Shown: positions 8,819 to 19,071, counted from the stretch's first letter. The stretch is 64,000 nt of DNA from Candidatus Woesearchaeota archaeon (GCA_964596705.1 CAZQVG010000001.1:14969-78968); one strand, 5' to 3'. Program-made: numbers and translations. The notes: generated by a model not told the origin, from the sequence alone.

Positions 8819-9295
8819 ATGACTGAAGAAAAGAAAAAACAGGAAGTTGAAACAAAGAAAAAGGAAGAAGCTCTAAAAGAAAAAGAAGAGCATTTTGCTA
8901 TAGCTAGAGCAGTAAATCTTCCAATTTCAACAAAACATTCAGTAGAAATTGCAAAATTCATAAGAAAGAAAGAGCTTAACAAAGCAAAAATGCTACTCAA
9001 TGAAGTATTGGAACATAAAAAAGCTGTTCCTTTCAAGAGATATAATAGAGATATGGGCCACAAGCCTGGAAAAATTGCAGCTGGAAGGTATCCTGAAAAA
9101 GCAATTAGATATTTTATACGATTGCTTAATGATGCTCAAGCTAATGCTGAAAATAAAGGGTTAGATGCTTCAAATTTGATTATTGCAGAGATAAAGGCTG
9201 ACCGTGGTGCTCAGCAATGGCACTATGGTAGATTAAGAAGAAGAAAAATGAAGAACACCCACTTATTTGTTAAAGTGATGGAGTTGGAAAAATGA
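8819..9295 (+). CDS. rpl22: 50S ribosomal protein L22 (uL22) with K/E-rich N-terminal extension
   Basis: Core AIAR.VNLPISTKHSVEIAKFIR.K is L22-like. About 25-aa KE-rich leader. Cluster position. Confidence 0.8.
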   Translation: MTEEKKKQEVETKKKEEALKEKEEHFAIARAVNLPISTKHSVEIAKFIRKKELNKAKMLLNEVLEHKKAVPFKRYNRDMGHKPGKIAAGRYPEKAIRYFIRLLNDAQANAENKGLDASNLIIAEIKADRGAQQWHYGRLRRRKMKNTHLFVKVMELEK

Positions 9296-10158
9296 TTGAA
9301 AGAGGAATAATAAAAAAGAAATTGAATGAATTCAAGATCCTTGAGCATATTGCAGAGGTTTTAGATAGACCGGGTTATAGCCATACAACAATACAAAAAA
9401 CGCCTCTTGGGGAGAAAATTACAATATACACTTCAAAACCAGGATTTATAGTGGGTAGAAAAGGGGCTAATATAAAAGACCTTACTCAGGTATTGAAAGA
9501 TAAATTTGGGTTAGAGAATCCTCAAGTAGAGGTAAGTGAAATTGATAATCCAAACTTAAATCCTCATTCAGTTGCTAAACATATCGTTCATACTTTCGAA
9601 AGGTTTGGTCCAAGTAGATTTAAATTCCTTGGGTACAAAATGTTAGAAAACATAATGGCTGCAGGTGCAATTGGTGCGGAGATTGTTATCTCTGGAAGAG
9701 GTGTGCCTAGTACAAGATCAAAGACTTGGAGATTCACTGCGGGCCACCTTAAAAAATCAGGAGATGTTTCCGAGAATCTAATCAAGAAAGGATTTGCAGT
9801 TGCTCATCTGAAATCCGGTTCAATAGGAGTTAAAGTAAATATTTTGACTCCAGACATAGAACTTCCAGATCATATTGAATTCAGAGAAACAATAACTGTC
9901 GAAGAAGTAAAAGAAGAACCAAAGGTTCAAGAAGAATCTGAAAAGAAGGAGATTCAAAAAAAAGAAACAAAAGAGGAAACTCCAAAAGAAGAAGAAACTA
10001 AAGCAGAAGAAAAAATAGAAAAGAAAGAATCAGATTCAAAAGAAGAAGAGAAAAAACCTGCTGCTAAGAAAAAGACAACTAAGAAGAAAACAGAAAAAGT
10101 TCCAACAGCGGCTGAACTAAAGAAGAAGAAGGAAAATGGCGATAATAAAAAAGAATGA
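9292..10158 (+). CDS. rps3: 30S ribosomal protein S3 (uS3) with long K/E-rich C-terminal tail
   Basis: KH-domain S3 core (GFIVGRKGANIKDL), followed by an approximately 85-aa tail of E/K/T repeats. Confidence 0.85.
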   Translation: MIERGIIKKKLNEFKILEHIAEVLDRPGYSHTTIQKTPLGEKITIYTSKPGFIVGRKGANIKDLTQVLKDKFGLENPQVEVSEIDNPNLNPHSVAKHIVHTFERFGPSRFKFLGYKMLENIMAAGAIGAEIVISGRGVPSTRSKTWRFTAGHLKKSGDVSENLIKKGFAVAHLKSGSIGVKVNILTPDIELPDHIEFRETITVEEVKEEPKVQEESEKKEIQKKETKEETPKEEETKAEEKIEKKESDSKEEEKKPAAKKKTTKKKTEKVPTAAELKKKKENGDNKKE

Positions 10159-10348
10159 ACTAAAACAAATGGATAATAAATCCATTAGTGAAAAATTAAA
10201 TGAATTAAGGGATGAACTAATCAGGATCAGAGCTCAAATTGCAATGGGAACTCTTCCTGAAAATCCTGGAAGGATAAAGGAGATAAGAAGGACTATTGCA
10301 AGGATACTCACCATAAAAAGAATGAAGGAGGGTAATGAAAAAGTATGA
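10136..10348 (+). CDS. rpl29: 50S ribosomal protein L29 (uL29)
   Basis: 70 aa, coiled-coil L29-like (ELR.EL...RAQIAMG), position after S3. Confidence 0.75.
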   Translation: MAIIKKNELKQMDNKSISEKLNELRDELIRIRAQIAMGTLPENPGRIKEIRRTIARILTIKRMKEGNEKV

Positions 10349-10647
10349 CCGAGATATGCCCTAAATGTGGGCTACCAGAAGACCTTTGCGTTTGTGAAAC
10401 AATAGCAAAAGAAGACCAGAGGATACGTATAAAGAAAGAAAAGAAAAGATACGGCAAACTGATAACAGTGATCGAAGGCATCGACAAAACAACAATCGAC
10501 ATCAAAGATGTGGCCAAAAAGCTTAAAAGCAAGTTTGCTTGCGGAGGAACAGTCAAAGGCTCCGTAATTGAGCTTCAGGGAGATCACGTAGCAAAGGTTA
10601 AGGATGAGCTCATTAAGCTCGGTTTCAATCCTGACACCATAGATTAA
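10345..10647 (+). CDS. translation initiation factor SUI1 (aSUI1/eIF1) with N-terminal Zn ribbon
   Basis: [14 protein letters not shown] followed by a SUI1 fold block ([20 protein letters not shown]...ACGGTVK). Usual position in the archaeal r-protein cluster. Confidence 0.8.
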   Translation: MTEICPKCGLPEDLCVCETIAKEDQRIRIKKEKKRYGKLITVIEGIDKTTIDIKDVAKKLKSKFACGGTVKGSVIELQGDHVAKVKDELIKLGFNPDTID

Positions 10648-10649
10648 AA

Positions 10650-10880
10650 ATGGTACGGGTTTGGAAAGGAGAGCTGATTGGCTCATATGTTAAGGTAGTT
10701 GACTCAAAAAATAAAACCCTTGTCGGATTGGAAGGCAAGGTTATAGACGAAACAAAAAATACCATCACTTTCGAAGATGGGAAAAAGGTAATAAAATCCC
10801 ATGTTATGCTCGAGGTGAATGGTGAAATTGTCGAAGGGAAGACAATACAAAAAAGACCCGAGGATAGAATAAAAAAATGA
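10650..10880 (+). CDS. rnp1: RNase P protein subunit Rpp29/Pop4 (Rnp1)
   Basis: 76-aa Sm-like beta protein (GELIGSYVKVVDSKNKTLVGLEGKVIDETKNT). Conserved position between SUI1 and S17 in archaea. Confidence 0.6.
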   Translation: MVRVWKGELIGSYVKVVDSKNKTLVGLEGKVIDETKNTITFEDGKKVIKSHVMLEVNGEIVEGKTIQKRPEDRIKK

Positions 10881-11221
10881 AAGGAGAAAAACAGATCGGA
10901 CTTGAAATTGATTTTCCTAAAGAGAAATGTGATGATAAGAAATGCCCTTTCCACGGAGATCTAAAAGTAAGGGGTAGAATCTTTAGTGGAATAATCAGAT
11001 CAAAAGATACTCATAAGACTGCTGTAGTCGAATGGACAAGGCAGATAAAAATCAAGAAGTATGAAAGAGTAGAAAAAAAGAGATCTAAGGTAAGTGCTCA
11101 TAATCCTCCATGTATTGATGCTCAAAAAGGGGATATGGTTTTGATTGCTGAAACAAAACCAATCAGTAAAACAAAAAATTTCGTAATATTGAAAATCCTA
11201 AAGAAAAATGAAAGCGATTAA
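10877..11221 (+). CDS. rps17: 30S ribosomal protein S17 (uS17)
   Basis: OB-fold S17 signature (GIIRSKDTHKTAVVEW); cluster position. Confidence 0.85.
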   Translation: MKGEKQIGLEIDFPKEKCDDKKCPFHGDLKVRGRIFSGIIRSKDTHKTAVVEWTRQIKIKKYERVEKKRSKVSAHNPPCIDAQKGDMVLIAETKPISKTKNFVILKILKKNESD

Positions 11222-11609
11222 TGCCAAAATAACAAAAACTCTTGTAAGAGGTTCCAGGATAGACGTTTGTGATAATTCTGGAGCTAAGAAAGTGTTTTTG
11301 GTATCTGTAAAGGGGTCAAAAACAAAAAAAGGGAGATATCCTACTGCAGGCGTTGGGGACTTGCTTAAAGTTTCAGTTATACAAGGTACCCAAGACATGA
11401 GAAAACAATTAGTGCCTGCAATATTAGTAAGGCAAAGAAAAGAGTACAGAAGACCAGATGGAACAAGAATAAAATTCGAAGACAATGCAGTAATAATATG
11501 CAAAGACGAGAAAGGAAATCCAAAGGGAACTGTATTCAAAGGCCCAATTGCAAAAGAAGCTGCAGAAAGATGGCCTGCAGTTGGAAAAGTTGCTAAAATA
11601 ATAGTTTAA
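11208..11609 (+). CDS. rpl14: 50S ribosomal protein L14 (uL14)
   Basis: [13 protein letters not shown] and [15 protein letters not shown] are classic L14 blocks. Confidence 0.9.
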   Translation: MKAINAKITKTLVRGSRIDVCDNSGAKKVFLVSVKGSKTKKGRYPTAGVGDLLKVSVIQGTQDMRKQLVPAILVRQRKEYRRPDGTRIKFEDNAVIICKDEKGNPKGTVFKGPIAKEAAERWPAVGKVAKIIV

Positions 11610-11611
11610 AA

Positions 11612-11992
11612 ATGAAATCAATATTTTCAAAATTTTGGATAAGTAGTAAACAACCAAGGAAACAGCGTAAATATAGATACAATGCTCCTCTTCATATAAG
11701 GAAGAAATTTGTATCTGTTATGCTTTCCAAGGAATTAAAAGAGAAATATCAAAAAAGAAATGTTCCTGTTGTAAAGGGAGATAAGGTAAAGATACTTAGA
11801 GGCCAATTTAAAGGAAAAGTTGGATTGGTTGAAAAGGTTGACTTAAAAAGAATTAAAATTTATGTTCATGGAGCAGAAAATATAAGAAGAGATGGATCAA
11901 AGGCTTTTTATCCTTTAAGTCCATCAAATTTGATGATTACAGAACTAAAGTTAGACGATAAAAAAAGAAAACAAAGTCTAGAGAGGAAATAA
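11612..11992 (+). CDS. rpl24: 50S ribosomal protein L24 (uL24, KOW)
   Basis: [20 protein letters not shown] motif; cluster position. Confidence 0.85.
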   Translation: MKSIFSKFWISSKQPRKQRKYRYNAPLHIRKKFVSVMLSKELKEKYQKRNVPVVKGDKVKILRGQFKGKVGLVEKVDLKRIKIYVHGAENIRRDGSKAFYPLSPSNLMITELKLDDKKRKQSLERK

Positions 11993-11993
11993 A

Positions 11994-12692
11994 ATGGGAA
12001 AATCTCACATAAAAAGAATAGCAGCACCGAAATCGTGGCCAATAAAGAGAAAGATCTCTAAATGGATCACTAGGCCGACTCCAGGACCACACAAATTAGA
12101 AAGTTCTATGCCTCTCGGTGTATGGCTAAAAGAAATATTGAAATTAGCAAATACTACAAAAGAAACCAAATATATCCTTAATAATGGTCAAGTTTTAGTA
12201 AATGGAAAGGCAAGAAAAGATCAAAAGTTCCCTGTAGGAATAATGGATGTACTGACTGCAGGTAAAGAGAACTATAGAATAATGCTCAATACAAGAGGAA
12301 AACTTGTTCCTGTACCTATCAATGCTACAGAGGCTAAAATTTATCCAAAGAGAGTTATCGGAAAAACCTCATTAAAAGGAAAGAAGACTCAAGTAAATTT
12401 ATCAGATGGAACAAATATTTTATCAGAGAACAAGTATAAAACAGGGGATACAGTTGTATTCTCAGAGGGCAAGATAAAAGACCACTTAAAATTTGAAAAA
12501 GGTGTAATCGTTTATATCCTTGCAGGTAAGCAAGTTGGAAAGATTGGAGTAGTAAAAGAGATAGTAGAATATAAAGACTTTAGACCAACAAAGATCATAT
12601 TCACTCAAGGTAAAGAAGACTTTGAAACATTGAAAGAATATGCATTTGTAATAGGAAAAACAAAACCTATTGTAAGTTTGCCAAATGAATAA
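11994..12692 (+). CDS. rps4e: 30S ribosomal protein S4e
   Basis: MGKSHIKRIAAPKSWPIKRK... is the S4e N-terminus; 232 aa. Confidence 0.85.
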   Translation: MGKSHIKRIAAPKSWPIKRKISKWITRPTPGPHKLESSMPLGVWLKEILKLANTTKETKYILNNGQVLVNGKARKDQKFPVGIMDVLTAGKENYRIMLNTRGKLVPVPINATEAKIYPKRVIGKTSLKGKKTQVNLSDGTNILSENKYKTGDTVVFSEGKIKDHLKFEKGVIVYILAGKQVGKIGVVKEIVEYKDFRPTKIIFTQGKEDFETLKEYAFVIGKTKPIVSLPNE

Positions 12693-13200
12693 AATGAAAG
12701 AAATTAGGATAGAGAAATTAACCCTTAATATTGGGGCAGGGGAAGCAGGAGATAAATTAGAGAAAGCTGTAAAGTTATTGAACAAAATAACTGGCAAAAA
12801 ACCTCTAAAAACAGTTTCCCACAAAAGAATTCCATCGTGGAGTGTAAGGCCAGGCCTTACAATTGGAGCAAAGGTAACAATAAGAGGGAAAGAAGCAGAA
12901 GAAATGTTGAAAAGATTATTGGTTGCGGTGGACAATACACTAAAACCTTCCTCATTTGATAATCAAGGCAATTTCGCATTTGGAATACATGAATATATAG
13001 ATATTCCAAAGATGGAATATTTGGTTGAAATTGGTATATTGGGACTTGATGTGGCAGTAACTTTAGAAAGGCCAGGGTATAGAATAAAGAAAAGGAAATA
13101 CCAAAGAAAATCAATCCCTACAAAACATAGGATAACAAAAGAAGAAGCAATAGAATATTTAAAAACTAAATTCAATGTAAAAATAGGAGAGCGTGAATAA
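12685..13200 (+). CDS. rpl5: 50S ribosomal protein L5 (uL5)
   Basis: [15 protein letters not shown]...[10 protein letters not shown] motif set of L5. Confidence 0.9.
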   Translation: MNKMKEIRIEKLTLNIGAGEAGDKLEKAVKLLNKITGKKPLKTVSHKRIPSWSVRPGLTIGAKVTIRGKEAEEMLKRLLVAVDNTLKPSSFDNQGNFAFGIHEYIDIPKMEYLVEIGILGLDVAVTLERPGYRIKKRKYQRKSIPTKHRITKEEAIEYLKTKFNVKIGERE

Positions 13201-13432
13201 AATGACAACAAGCGACCATAGAAAAGCATATGGGCAATTGCAAGCAAAACCCGCAAAACTTGCAAAGTTCATAAAACACAACAAACCTAAAGAAAGGAGT
13301 TGTGGAAGAGCTTTGAAAAAATGCGAGAGGTGCGGGAGAAATGGAGCACATATTCAAAAGTATGGCCTTCATTTATGTAGGCAATGTTTTAGGGAAACTG
13401 CAAAAAAATTAGGATTCAAAAAATATAGTTGA
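13193..13432 (+). CDS. rps14: 30S ribosomal protein S14 type Z (uS14, zinc-binding)
   Basis: C.RCGR......[12 protein letters not shown] zinc-ribbon S14 signature. Confidence 0.8.
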   Translation: MNKMTTSDHRKAYGQLQAKPAKLAKFIKHNKPKERSCGRALKKCERCGRNGAHIQKYGLHLCRQCFRETAKKLGFKKYS

Positions 13433-13441
13433 GGTTAGAAA

Positions 13442-13834
13442 ATGTCAATGAATGATACATTAGCAAATGCACTTTCACATGTATTGAACTGTGAAAAAGT
13501 AGGTAAAACAGAATGCACTATAAAAAATGTTTCAAAGGTAATCAAAGAGACATTTAAGATCTTAAATAAAAACGGATATATTGGCAAGATGGATATCACA
13601 AAAAATTCCAGGGGAGAAACAATGGTTGTAGAATTAAAAGGAACAATAAATAAATGTGGTTCGATTAAGCCAAGATTCCCAGTAAAACTTTCAGATTATG
13701 AAAAATATGAAAGAAGGTATCTTCCTGCAAAAGACTTTGGAATAATCATTGTTTCAACTTCAAAAGGTATGATGACCCATAATGAAGCAATCGAAAAGAA
13801 GTTGGGAGGAAAACTCATTGCATATTGTTACTAA
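13442..13834 (+). CDS. rps8: 30S ribosomal protein S8 (uS8)
   Basis: DTLANALSHV.N.E..GK is the S8 N-terminus; 130 aa. Confidence 0.85.
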   Translation: MSMNDTLANALSHVLNCEKVGKTECTIKNVSKVIKETFKILNKNGYIGKMDITKNSRGETMVVELKGTINKCGSIKPRFPVKLSDYEKYERRYLPAKDFGIIIVSTSKGMMTHNEAIEKKLGGKLIAYCY

Positions 13835-14379
13835 AAATGGCAAAATTAAATATTACGGACAAAATAGAAATCCCTGAAGGCATAGAGGTAGAAGTAAATT
13901 CTACTGCGATAAAAATAAAGGGTCCAAAGGGAGAATTAAGTAGAAGGTTTAGTCCATTAGTTAAGGTTGCCAAAACAGAAAATGAGATAGTATTTGAAAT
14001 AAAAAATGCAACAAAAAGAGAAAAAACACTTATGAAAACAACCGAAGCTCATGTTAAAAATATGATAAAGGGAGTTACAGAAGGTTTTGAGTACCACTTA
14101 AAGATTTGCTCTGGCCACTTCCCTATGACAGTTAGTTATGAAAACGGAGAAGTTATTGTGAAAAACTTCCTTGGAGAATCTGTTCCGAGAAAGGGGAAGA
14201 TCCCCGGTGATGTCAATATTGAAATAAAGGGGGATGAAATAACAGTAACTGGAATAGATAAAGAAAAAACAGGTCAGGCCGCTGCAAAAATAGAGTCTAT
14301 AACTAGAATGACTTCAAAAGATAGGAGAAGATTCCAGGATGGGATATTCATAACAAGTAAGGCAGGTAAGAAAATATGA
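13825..14379 (+). CDS. rpl6: 50S ribosomal protein L6 (uL6)
   Basis: Two L6 repeats (IEIPEGIEVEV...IKIKGPKGEL); cluster position. Confidence 0.85.
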   Translation: MLLKMAKLNITDKIEIPEGIEVEVNSTAIKIKGPKGELSRRFSPLVKVAKTENEIVFEIKNATKREKTLMKTTEAHVKNMIKGVTEGFEYHLKICSGHFPMTVSYENGEVIVKNFLGESVPRKGKIPGDVNIEIKGDEITVTGIDKEKTGQAAAKIESITRMTSKDRRRFQDGIFITSKAGKKI

Positions 14380-15026
14380 AATCATTATTAGAAGTTAGGA
14401 AGCTAGTAAAGGGGAAGAAACCTAAGAAGTTCCTTAGATCAGATTCAAATAGAATAAATTTCAAGAATAAATGGAGAAAACCAAGAGGATTGCATAATAA
14501 AAGAAGATTAAATAAGGCAGGACACCAAAAAAATCCATCTCAAGGATACAGGTCTCCTGTTTGGGTAAGAGGATTGCATAAGTCTGGATTAGAATTAATC
14601 ACAATTTACAATAAAAAAGATCTTCAGGAAGTAAATCCTGAAAAACAAATAGTAGAGATAGCATCCACCGTCGGATTAAAGAAAAAATTTGATATTTTAG
14701 AAGAATGTAAGTCAAAATCAATAAAAGTAGCTAATGTTAAAGATGTTGATAAATTTTTGAGAGAAGAGAAAGAAAGATTAGAAAAAATAAGAAAAGAGAA
14801 AGAGAAGAAATTAAAAGAGAGAGAAAAGGCAAAGAAAGAAGCGATCAAGAAAGCTGAAGAAAAGAAGGAGACTAAAAAAGAAACAAAAGAAGAAGTAAAA
14901 GAAGAAGTTTTAAAAGCTGAGCTTAAACAAGAAGCTCAAAAAGAACAAAAAATTACGAAAACAAAAGATCCTACTCAAGCAAAAAAGGGGCACCAAGCAA
15001 GTAGTGTCCCAGGAACTAAACAATGA
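14376..15026 (+). CDS. rpl32e: 50S ribosomal protein L32e with K/E-rich C-terminal tail
   Basis: WRKPRGLHNKRRLNKAGH is the L32e core. About 90-aa EK-repeat tail. Confidence 0.8.
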   Translation: MKSLLEVRKLVKGKKPKKFLRSDSNRINFKNKWRKPRGLHNKRRLNKAGHQKNPSQGYRSPVWVRGLHKSGLELITIYNKKDLQEVNPEKQIVEIASTVGLKKKFDILEECKSKSIKVANVKDVDKFLREEKERLEKIRKEKEKKLKEREKAKKEAIKKAEEKKETKKETKEEVKEEVLKAELKQEAQKEQKITKTKDPTQAKKGHQASSVPGTKQ

Positions 15027-15481
15027 ACCTGAAAAATCAAAAACGGATTGCAGCAAAAGTAATGAAAAGAAGTCCAAAAAAGATAAAGTTCGATTCATCT
15101 AGATTGGACGATGTAAAAGAAGCAATTACAAGGTCAGATATAAGGACTTTAATTATAGGTAACGCTATAAAAGCTGAGCTTAAACAAGGAATCTCACGTT
15201 CAAGAGCAAGAAAAACACTAGTACAAAAAAGGAAAGGTAGAAAACAAGGAAAAGGTTCAAGGCAGGGTTCAAGAACTGCAAGATTATCCAAGAAAGAAAC
15301 CTGGATGAATCACATAAGAAAACAAAGGAAGTTTGTTAAGGAATTGAGAGATAAAAAATTAATCAATACAAAGGTGTATCGTCAAATATACAATAAAATA
15401 AAAGGGGGCTTCTTTAGAAGCAAAAACCACATAAAATTATACTTAACAGAAAATAGGTTATTCGAAGATGGCAAAAACTAA
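15023..15481 (+). CDS. rpl19e: 50S ribosomal protein L19e
   Basis: MNLKNQKRIAAKVMK...SRLDDVKEAITRSDIR is L19e-like; basic; cluster position. Confidence 0.8.
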   Translation: MNLKNQKRIAAKVMKRSPKKIKFDSSRLDDVKEAITRSDIRTLIIGNAIKAELKQGISRSRARKTLVQKRKGRKQGKGSRQGSRTARLSKKETWMNHIRKQRKFVKELRDKKLINTKVYRQIYNKIKGGFFRSKNHIKLYLTENRLFEDGKN

Positions 15482-16052
15482 AACATATACAATCGTGTAT
15501 AGAAGGAAAAGAGAAGGAAAAACAGATTATAAGAAAAGGTTAAATTATCTTAAATCTGGCAAGATTAGAATAGTGATCAGACCATCTACTAATAATATGA
15601 CTATTCAAGCTGTTAAATTTGAAATGGATGGAGATAAGGTTTTATTAACTGTACAATCAACAGACCTAAGAAAAATGGGGTGGAATTACGCTACAGGGAA
15701 TATTCCTGCATCATATTTAACAGGCTTATTGTTTGGAGTAAAAGCAAAAGAAATAGTTAAGGAAGGTGTTATCGACCTTGGATTAAGACCTGTTATAAAA
15801 GGAACAAGGATTCCTGCTACGATTAAGGGGTTAGTTGATGCAGGATTACAATTCAATTATGATGAAAAGATATTCCCTTCAGAAGAATCAATTAGTGGAA
15901 AGGTTATTGCGGAATTTGCAGAACAACTTTCAAAAGAAGATAAAGAAAAATATGAAAAACAATTTTCAAAATATTTAAAAAACAATCAAAAACCTGAAAA
16001 AATAGCTGAAGCTTTTGAAGCTACAAAAAACAAGATTTTGGGGAGTAAATAA
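15468..16052 (+). CDS. rpl18: 50S ribosomal protein L18 (uL18/L5e)
   Basis: RRKREGKTDYKKRL and IRIVIRPS.N..TIQ are L18/L5e hallmarks. Confidence 0.8.
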   Translation: MAKTKTYTIVYRRKREGKTDYKKRLNYLKSGKIRIVIRPSTNNMTIQAVKFEMDGDKVLLTVQSTDLRKMGWNYATGNIPASYLTGLLFGVKAKEIVKEGVIDLGLRPVIKGTRIPATIKGLVDAGLQFNYDEKIFPSEESISGKVIAEFAEQLSKEDKEKYEKQFSKYLKNNQKPEKIAEAFEATKNKILGSK

Positions 16053-16054
16053 AA

Positions 16055-16765
16055 TTGGCAGCTAAACCTAAACGAACGGAGCAAGAGAAAAAAGAAATGC
16101 AACAGGCAAGAACAGCTGAAGCTGTGTCAGATTGGATTCCAAAAACAGAATTTGGAAGAAAAGTAAAATCTGGCGAAATAAAGGATATTGATGAAATTTT
16201 AGATAAGGGTGGAAAAATATTAGAGGCTGAAATTGTTGACGCATTGTTGCCTGATCTAGAGTATGAACTTATCACAATTGGACAATCAAAAGGTAAATTT
16301 GGGGGAGGAAAGAGAAGCATATGGAAACAAACCCAGAAGAAAACAAAAGAAGGGAATAAACCTAAGTTTGCAACTGTTGCGGTTGTTGGAAATAGAAAAG
16401 GTTATGTTGGAATTGGTTATGGAAAAGCAAAAGAAACAGTCCCTGCTAGAGAAAAAGCAATAAGGCAGGCGAAGTTAAATTTAATAAAAATAAGATTTGG
16501 TTGTGGATCCTGGGACTGTGCTTGTGGTGAAACACACTCAATACCTTTTAAGGTTTCAGGAAAATGTGGTAGTGTAAAGGTAGAACTTATTCCTGCTCCG
16601 AAAGGAACTTCATTATGTATCCACAAAGAACTAAGAAAAATCTTAAGTTTAGCTGGAATCAACGATATATACTCAAAAACCTTCGGAAAAACAAATACTC
16701 AACTTAATTTAGTTAAAGCATGCATGAATGCTTTAAAACAATTATCTAAGGTAAAGACAAAATGA
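16055..16765 (+). CDS. rps5: 30S ribosomal protein S5 (uS5), TTG start
   Basis: S5 dsRBD plus C-terminal domain (VVGNRKGYVGIGYGKAKE...). The ORF begins with TTG. Confidence 0.85.
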   Translation: MAAKPKRTEQEKKEMQQARTAEAVSDWIPKTEFGRKVKSGEIKDIDEILDKGGKILEAEIVDALLPDLEYELITIGQSKGKFGGGKRSIWKQTQKKTKEGNKPKFATVAVVGNRKGYVGIGYGKAKETVPAREKAIRQAKLNLIKIRFGCGSWDCACGETHSIPFKVSGKCGSVKVELIPAPKGTSLCIHKELRKILSLAGINDIYSKTFGKTNTQLNLVKACMNALKQLSKVKTK

Positions 16766-17229
16766 CTGGAATAGCAATAATTAGGATCGCTGGACAGCAA
16801 GGATTGAATCAGAAAGTAAAAACTACTTTCAAATTACTCAACCTTCATAAAAAGTTTACGTGTGTCGTTGTTCCAAATACAAAGCCTATCCAGGGAATGA
16901 TAAAAGTAATCAAAGATCACGTAACCTGGGGTGAAATTGATAAAGAAACTCTTGCTCAACTATTAAAACAAAGAGGAAAAATAAAGGGAAATAAACCTTT
17001 AACAGAAGAATATTTAAAAGAAAATGGGACTGATTTCGAATCATTTGTTAATGATGTTTTTGAAGGGAAAAAACAAATCAAAGATATTGAAGGATTGAAA
17101 CCTTTCTTTAGATTGCTTCCTCCAAGAGGAGGATTTGAAGCAAAGGGAACAAAGAAACATTTCTCAGTTGGAGGGGTGTTGGGTTACAGAAAGGAAAAAA
17201 TAAATGATTTGATCAAGAGGATGTTATAA
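16762..17229 (+). CDS. rpl30: 50S ribosomal protein L30 (uL30)
   Basis: MTGIAIIRIAGQQGLNQKVKTTFKLLNL...; 155 aa; cluster position. Confidence 0.8.
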   Translation: MTGIAIIRIAGQQGLNQKVKTTFKLLNLHKKFTCVVVPNTKPIQGMIKVIKDHVTWGEIDKETLAQLLKQRGKIKGNKPLTEEYLKENGTDFESFVNDVFEGKKQIKDIEGLKPFFRLLPPRGGFEAKGTKKHFSVGGVLGYRKEKINDLIKRML

Positions 17230-17230
17230 A

Positions 17231-17650
17231 ATGCCAGTCAATAAAAGAAAGAAAAATACCAGGATGCGTGCAAAAACTACTCACGGGTATGGCTCTATGA
17301 AAAAGAATAGGGGTGCCGGAAACCGTGGGGGTAGAGGAATGGCTGGTAGTGGAAAAAGGGCAGATCAAATAAAATCTAAGATACTCAAAACAAAAGGAAA
17401 GAGGTATTATGGTAAATATGGATTTAAACGACCTCAATCTGTTACTAAAACTCCAAAGATAATAAATTTATCAAAAATAGATCTTTTAGCTAAAAAAGAG
17501 AAAGAGGGATATGTTTTTGATGCTTCAAATTTCGATAAAGTTCTAGGAACAGGAAATATTACAAAACCAATAAAAATTACTGCAAAATCCTACTCTGCAT
17601 TAGCAAAAGAAAAAATTGAAAAGGCTGGTGGAGAAGCAATAACATGCTAA
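17231..17650 (+). CDS. rpl15: 50S ribosomal protein L15 (uL15)
   Basis: Gly/Arg-rich GAGNRGGRGMAGSGKR block typical of L15. Confidence 0.8.
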   Translation: MPVNKRKKNTRMRAKTTHGYGSMKKNRGAGNRGGRGMAGSGKRADQIKSKILKTKGKRYYGKYGFKRPQSVTKTPKIINLSKIDLLAKKEKEGYVFDASNFDKVLGTGNITKPIKITAKSYSALAKEKIEKAGGEAITC

Positions 17651-19071
17651 GAGAAATTATGATGAACCTGCCCGAAGTGGCAGGGCCAACACAGAAAAGA
17701 CTTTCTTTCAAAGAAAAACTTAAATGGACTGGGATAATTTTACTTGCATTTTTTATCTTATCTATGATCTCTTTGTTTGGACTTAGAAATAATGCTTTAA
17801 GTCAATTTGAACAACTTTCTATTATTTTAGGAGCTAATTTTGGTTCTATTTTATCTTTAGGTATTGGACCAATCGTAACTGCATCTATCGTATTGCAGCT
17901 TTTAACAGGTGCAGGAATATTAAATATAGATACTACCACAATGGAAGGGAAAAGGTTCTTTCAAGGATTGCAAAAGTTATTGTCCATTTTCTTTATATTG
18001 TTTGAAGCAGCCATTTATGTTTTGATGGGAGGTTTATCTCCTTCAGCAGATTTAGCTCCAGCAACATATTCCTTAATGCAATTTTTGTTAATTTTTCAGT
18101 TATTCTTAGGAGGTATGCTTGTTTTATTTATGGCAGAAGTTGTAGATAAATGGGGATTCGGATCAGGAATTTCACTATTTATCGCAGCAGGTGTATCTCA
18201 GCAGATATTTATTAGGGCATTTTCACCGTTAACAACAACAGGTCAATTAGCGTTTGGGTCTGGACTACCACCTGTTGGACAAGTGTGGGTATTCTTTAAA
18301 TCTTTGCTAAATGCTGATTTGACTGGAGCAGCATTGCCATTTTTTGCCATTTTCTTTACAATTGTAGTGTTTGTTATGGCAGTTTATGCTCAGGCAATGA
18401 AAGTTGATATCCCTTTATCATTTGGAAGGATAAGGGGCCATGGAATAAGGTGGCCATTGAGATTCATATATACTTCAAATATTCCAGTTATTTTAGTAGC
18501 AGCATTACTAGCAAATATTCAATTATGGGCAAGATTATTACAAAATAAGGTTGGAGAGTCTGGAATAGGACATTGGATTTCATATTATGTATTAGGTCAA
18601 TTTTCTGGACAATCACCAATTTCAGGATTAGTGTATTGGACTCATGCTCCAAATTTAGTAGATGCAATTGTATCTAAGTATTTCACTCCTGAATTATTAT
18701 TGCAAAGTTTAACATATATCTTATTTATGGTTGGAGGATCTGTATTATTCTCTATCTTCTGGGTCCAGACTTCTGGAATGGATGCTAAATCTCAAGCTAA
18801 ACAAATTTTAGCATCTGGATTGCAGATGCCAGGATTTAGGAGAGACCCTAGAGTTCTAGAAAGGGTATTGAAGAGGTATATTACTCCATTAACAGTGATG
18901 GGAGGAGCAGCAGTTGGTATATTGGCTGCGACAGCAGACTTATTTGGTGCATTGGCACGAGGAACAGGAATACTGTTAACAGTTATGATCATTTATAGGT
19001 TGTATGAGGAAGTAGCACAACAACATATGATGGATATGAACCCTGCATTGAGAAAAATGATGCAAGGGTAA
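17644..19071 (+). CDS. secY: preprotein translocase subunit SecY (Sec61 alpha)
   Basis: 475 aa, 10 TM, conserved SecY blocks, position after L15. Confidence 0.9.
   Translation: MLREIMMNLPEVAGPTQKRLSFKEKLKWTGIILLAFFILSMISLFGLRNNALSQFEQLSIILGANFGSILSLGIGPIVTASIVLQLLTGAGILNIDTTTMEGKRFFQGLQKLLSIFFILFEAAIYVLMGGLSPSADLAPATYSLMQFLLIFQLFLGGMLVLFMAEVVDKWGFGSGISLFIAAGVSQQIFIRAFSPLTTTGQLAFGSGLPPVGQVWVFFKSLLNADLTGAALPFFAIFFTIVVFVMAVYAQAMKVDIPLSFGRIRGHGIRWPLRFIYTSNIPVILVAALLANIQLWARLLQNKVGESGIGHWISYYVLGQFSGQSPISGLVYWTHAPNLVDAIVSKYFTPELLLQSLTYILFMVGGSVLFSIFWVQTSGMDAKSQAKQILASGLQMPGFRRDPRVLERVLKRYITPLTVMGGAAVGILAATADLFGALARGTGILLTVMIIYRLYEEVAQQHMMDMNPALRKMMQG

Noticed and set aside
9880-10140. Purine-rich aaagaagaa-type repeats considered as CRISPR or other non-coding repeat arrays
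   Set aside because: They are in-frame with ribosomal protein genes and encode K/E tails. There is no repeat-spacer periodicity.
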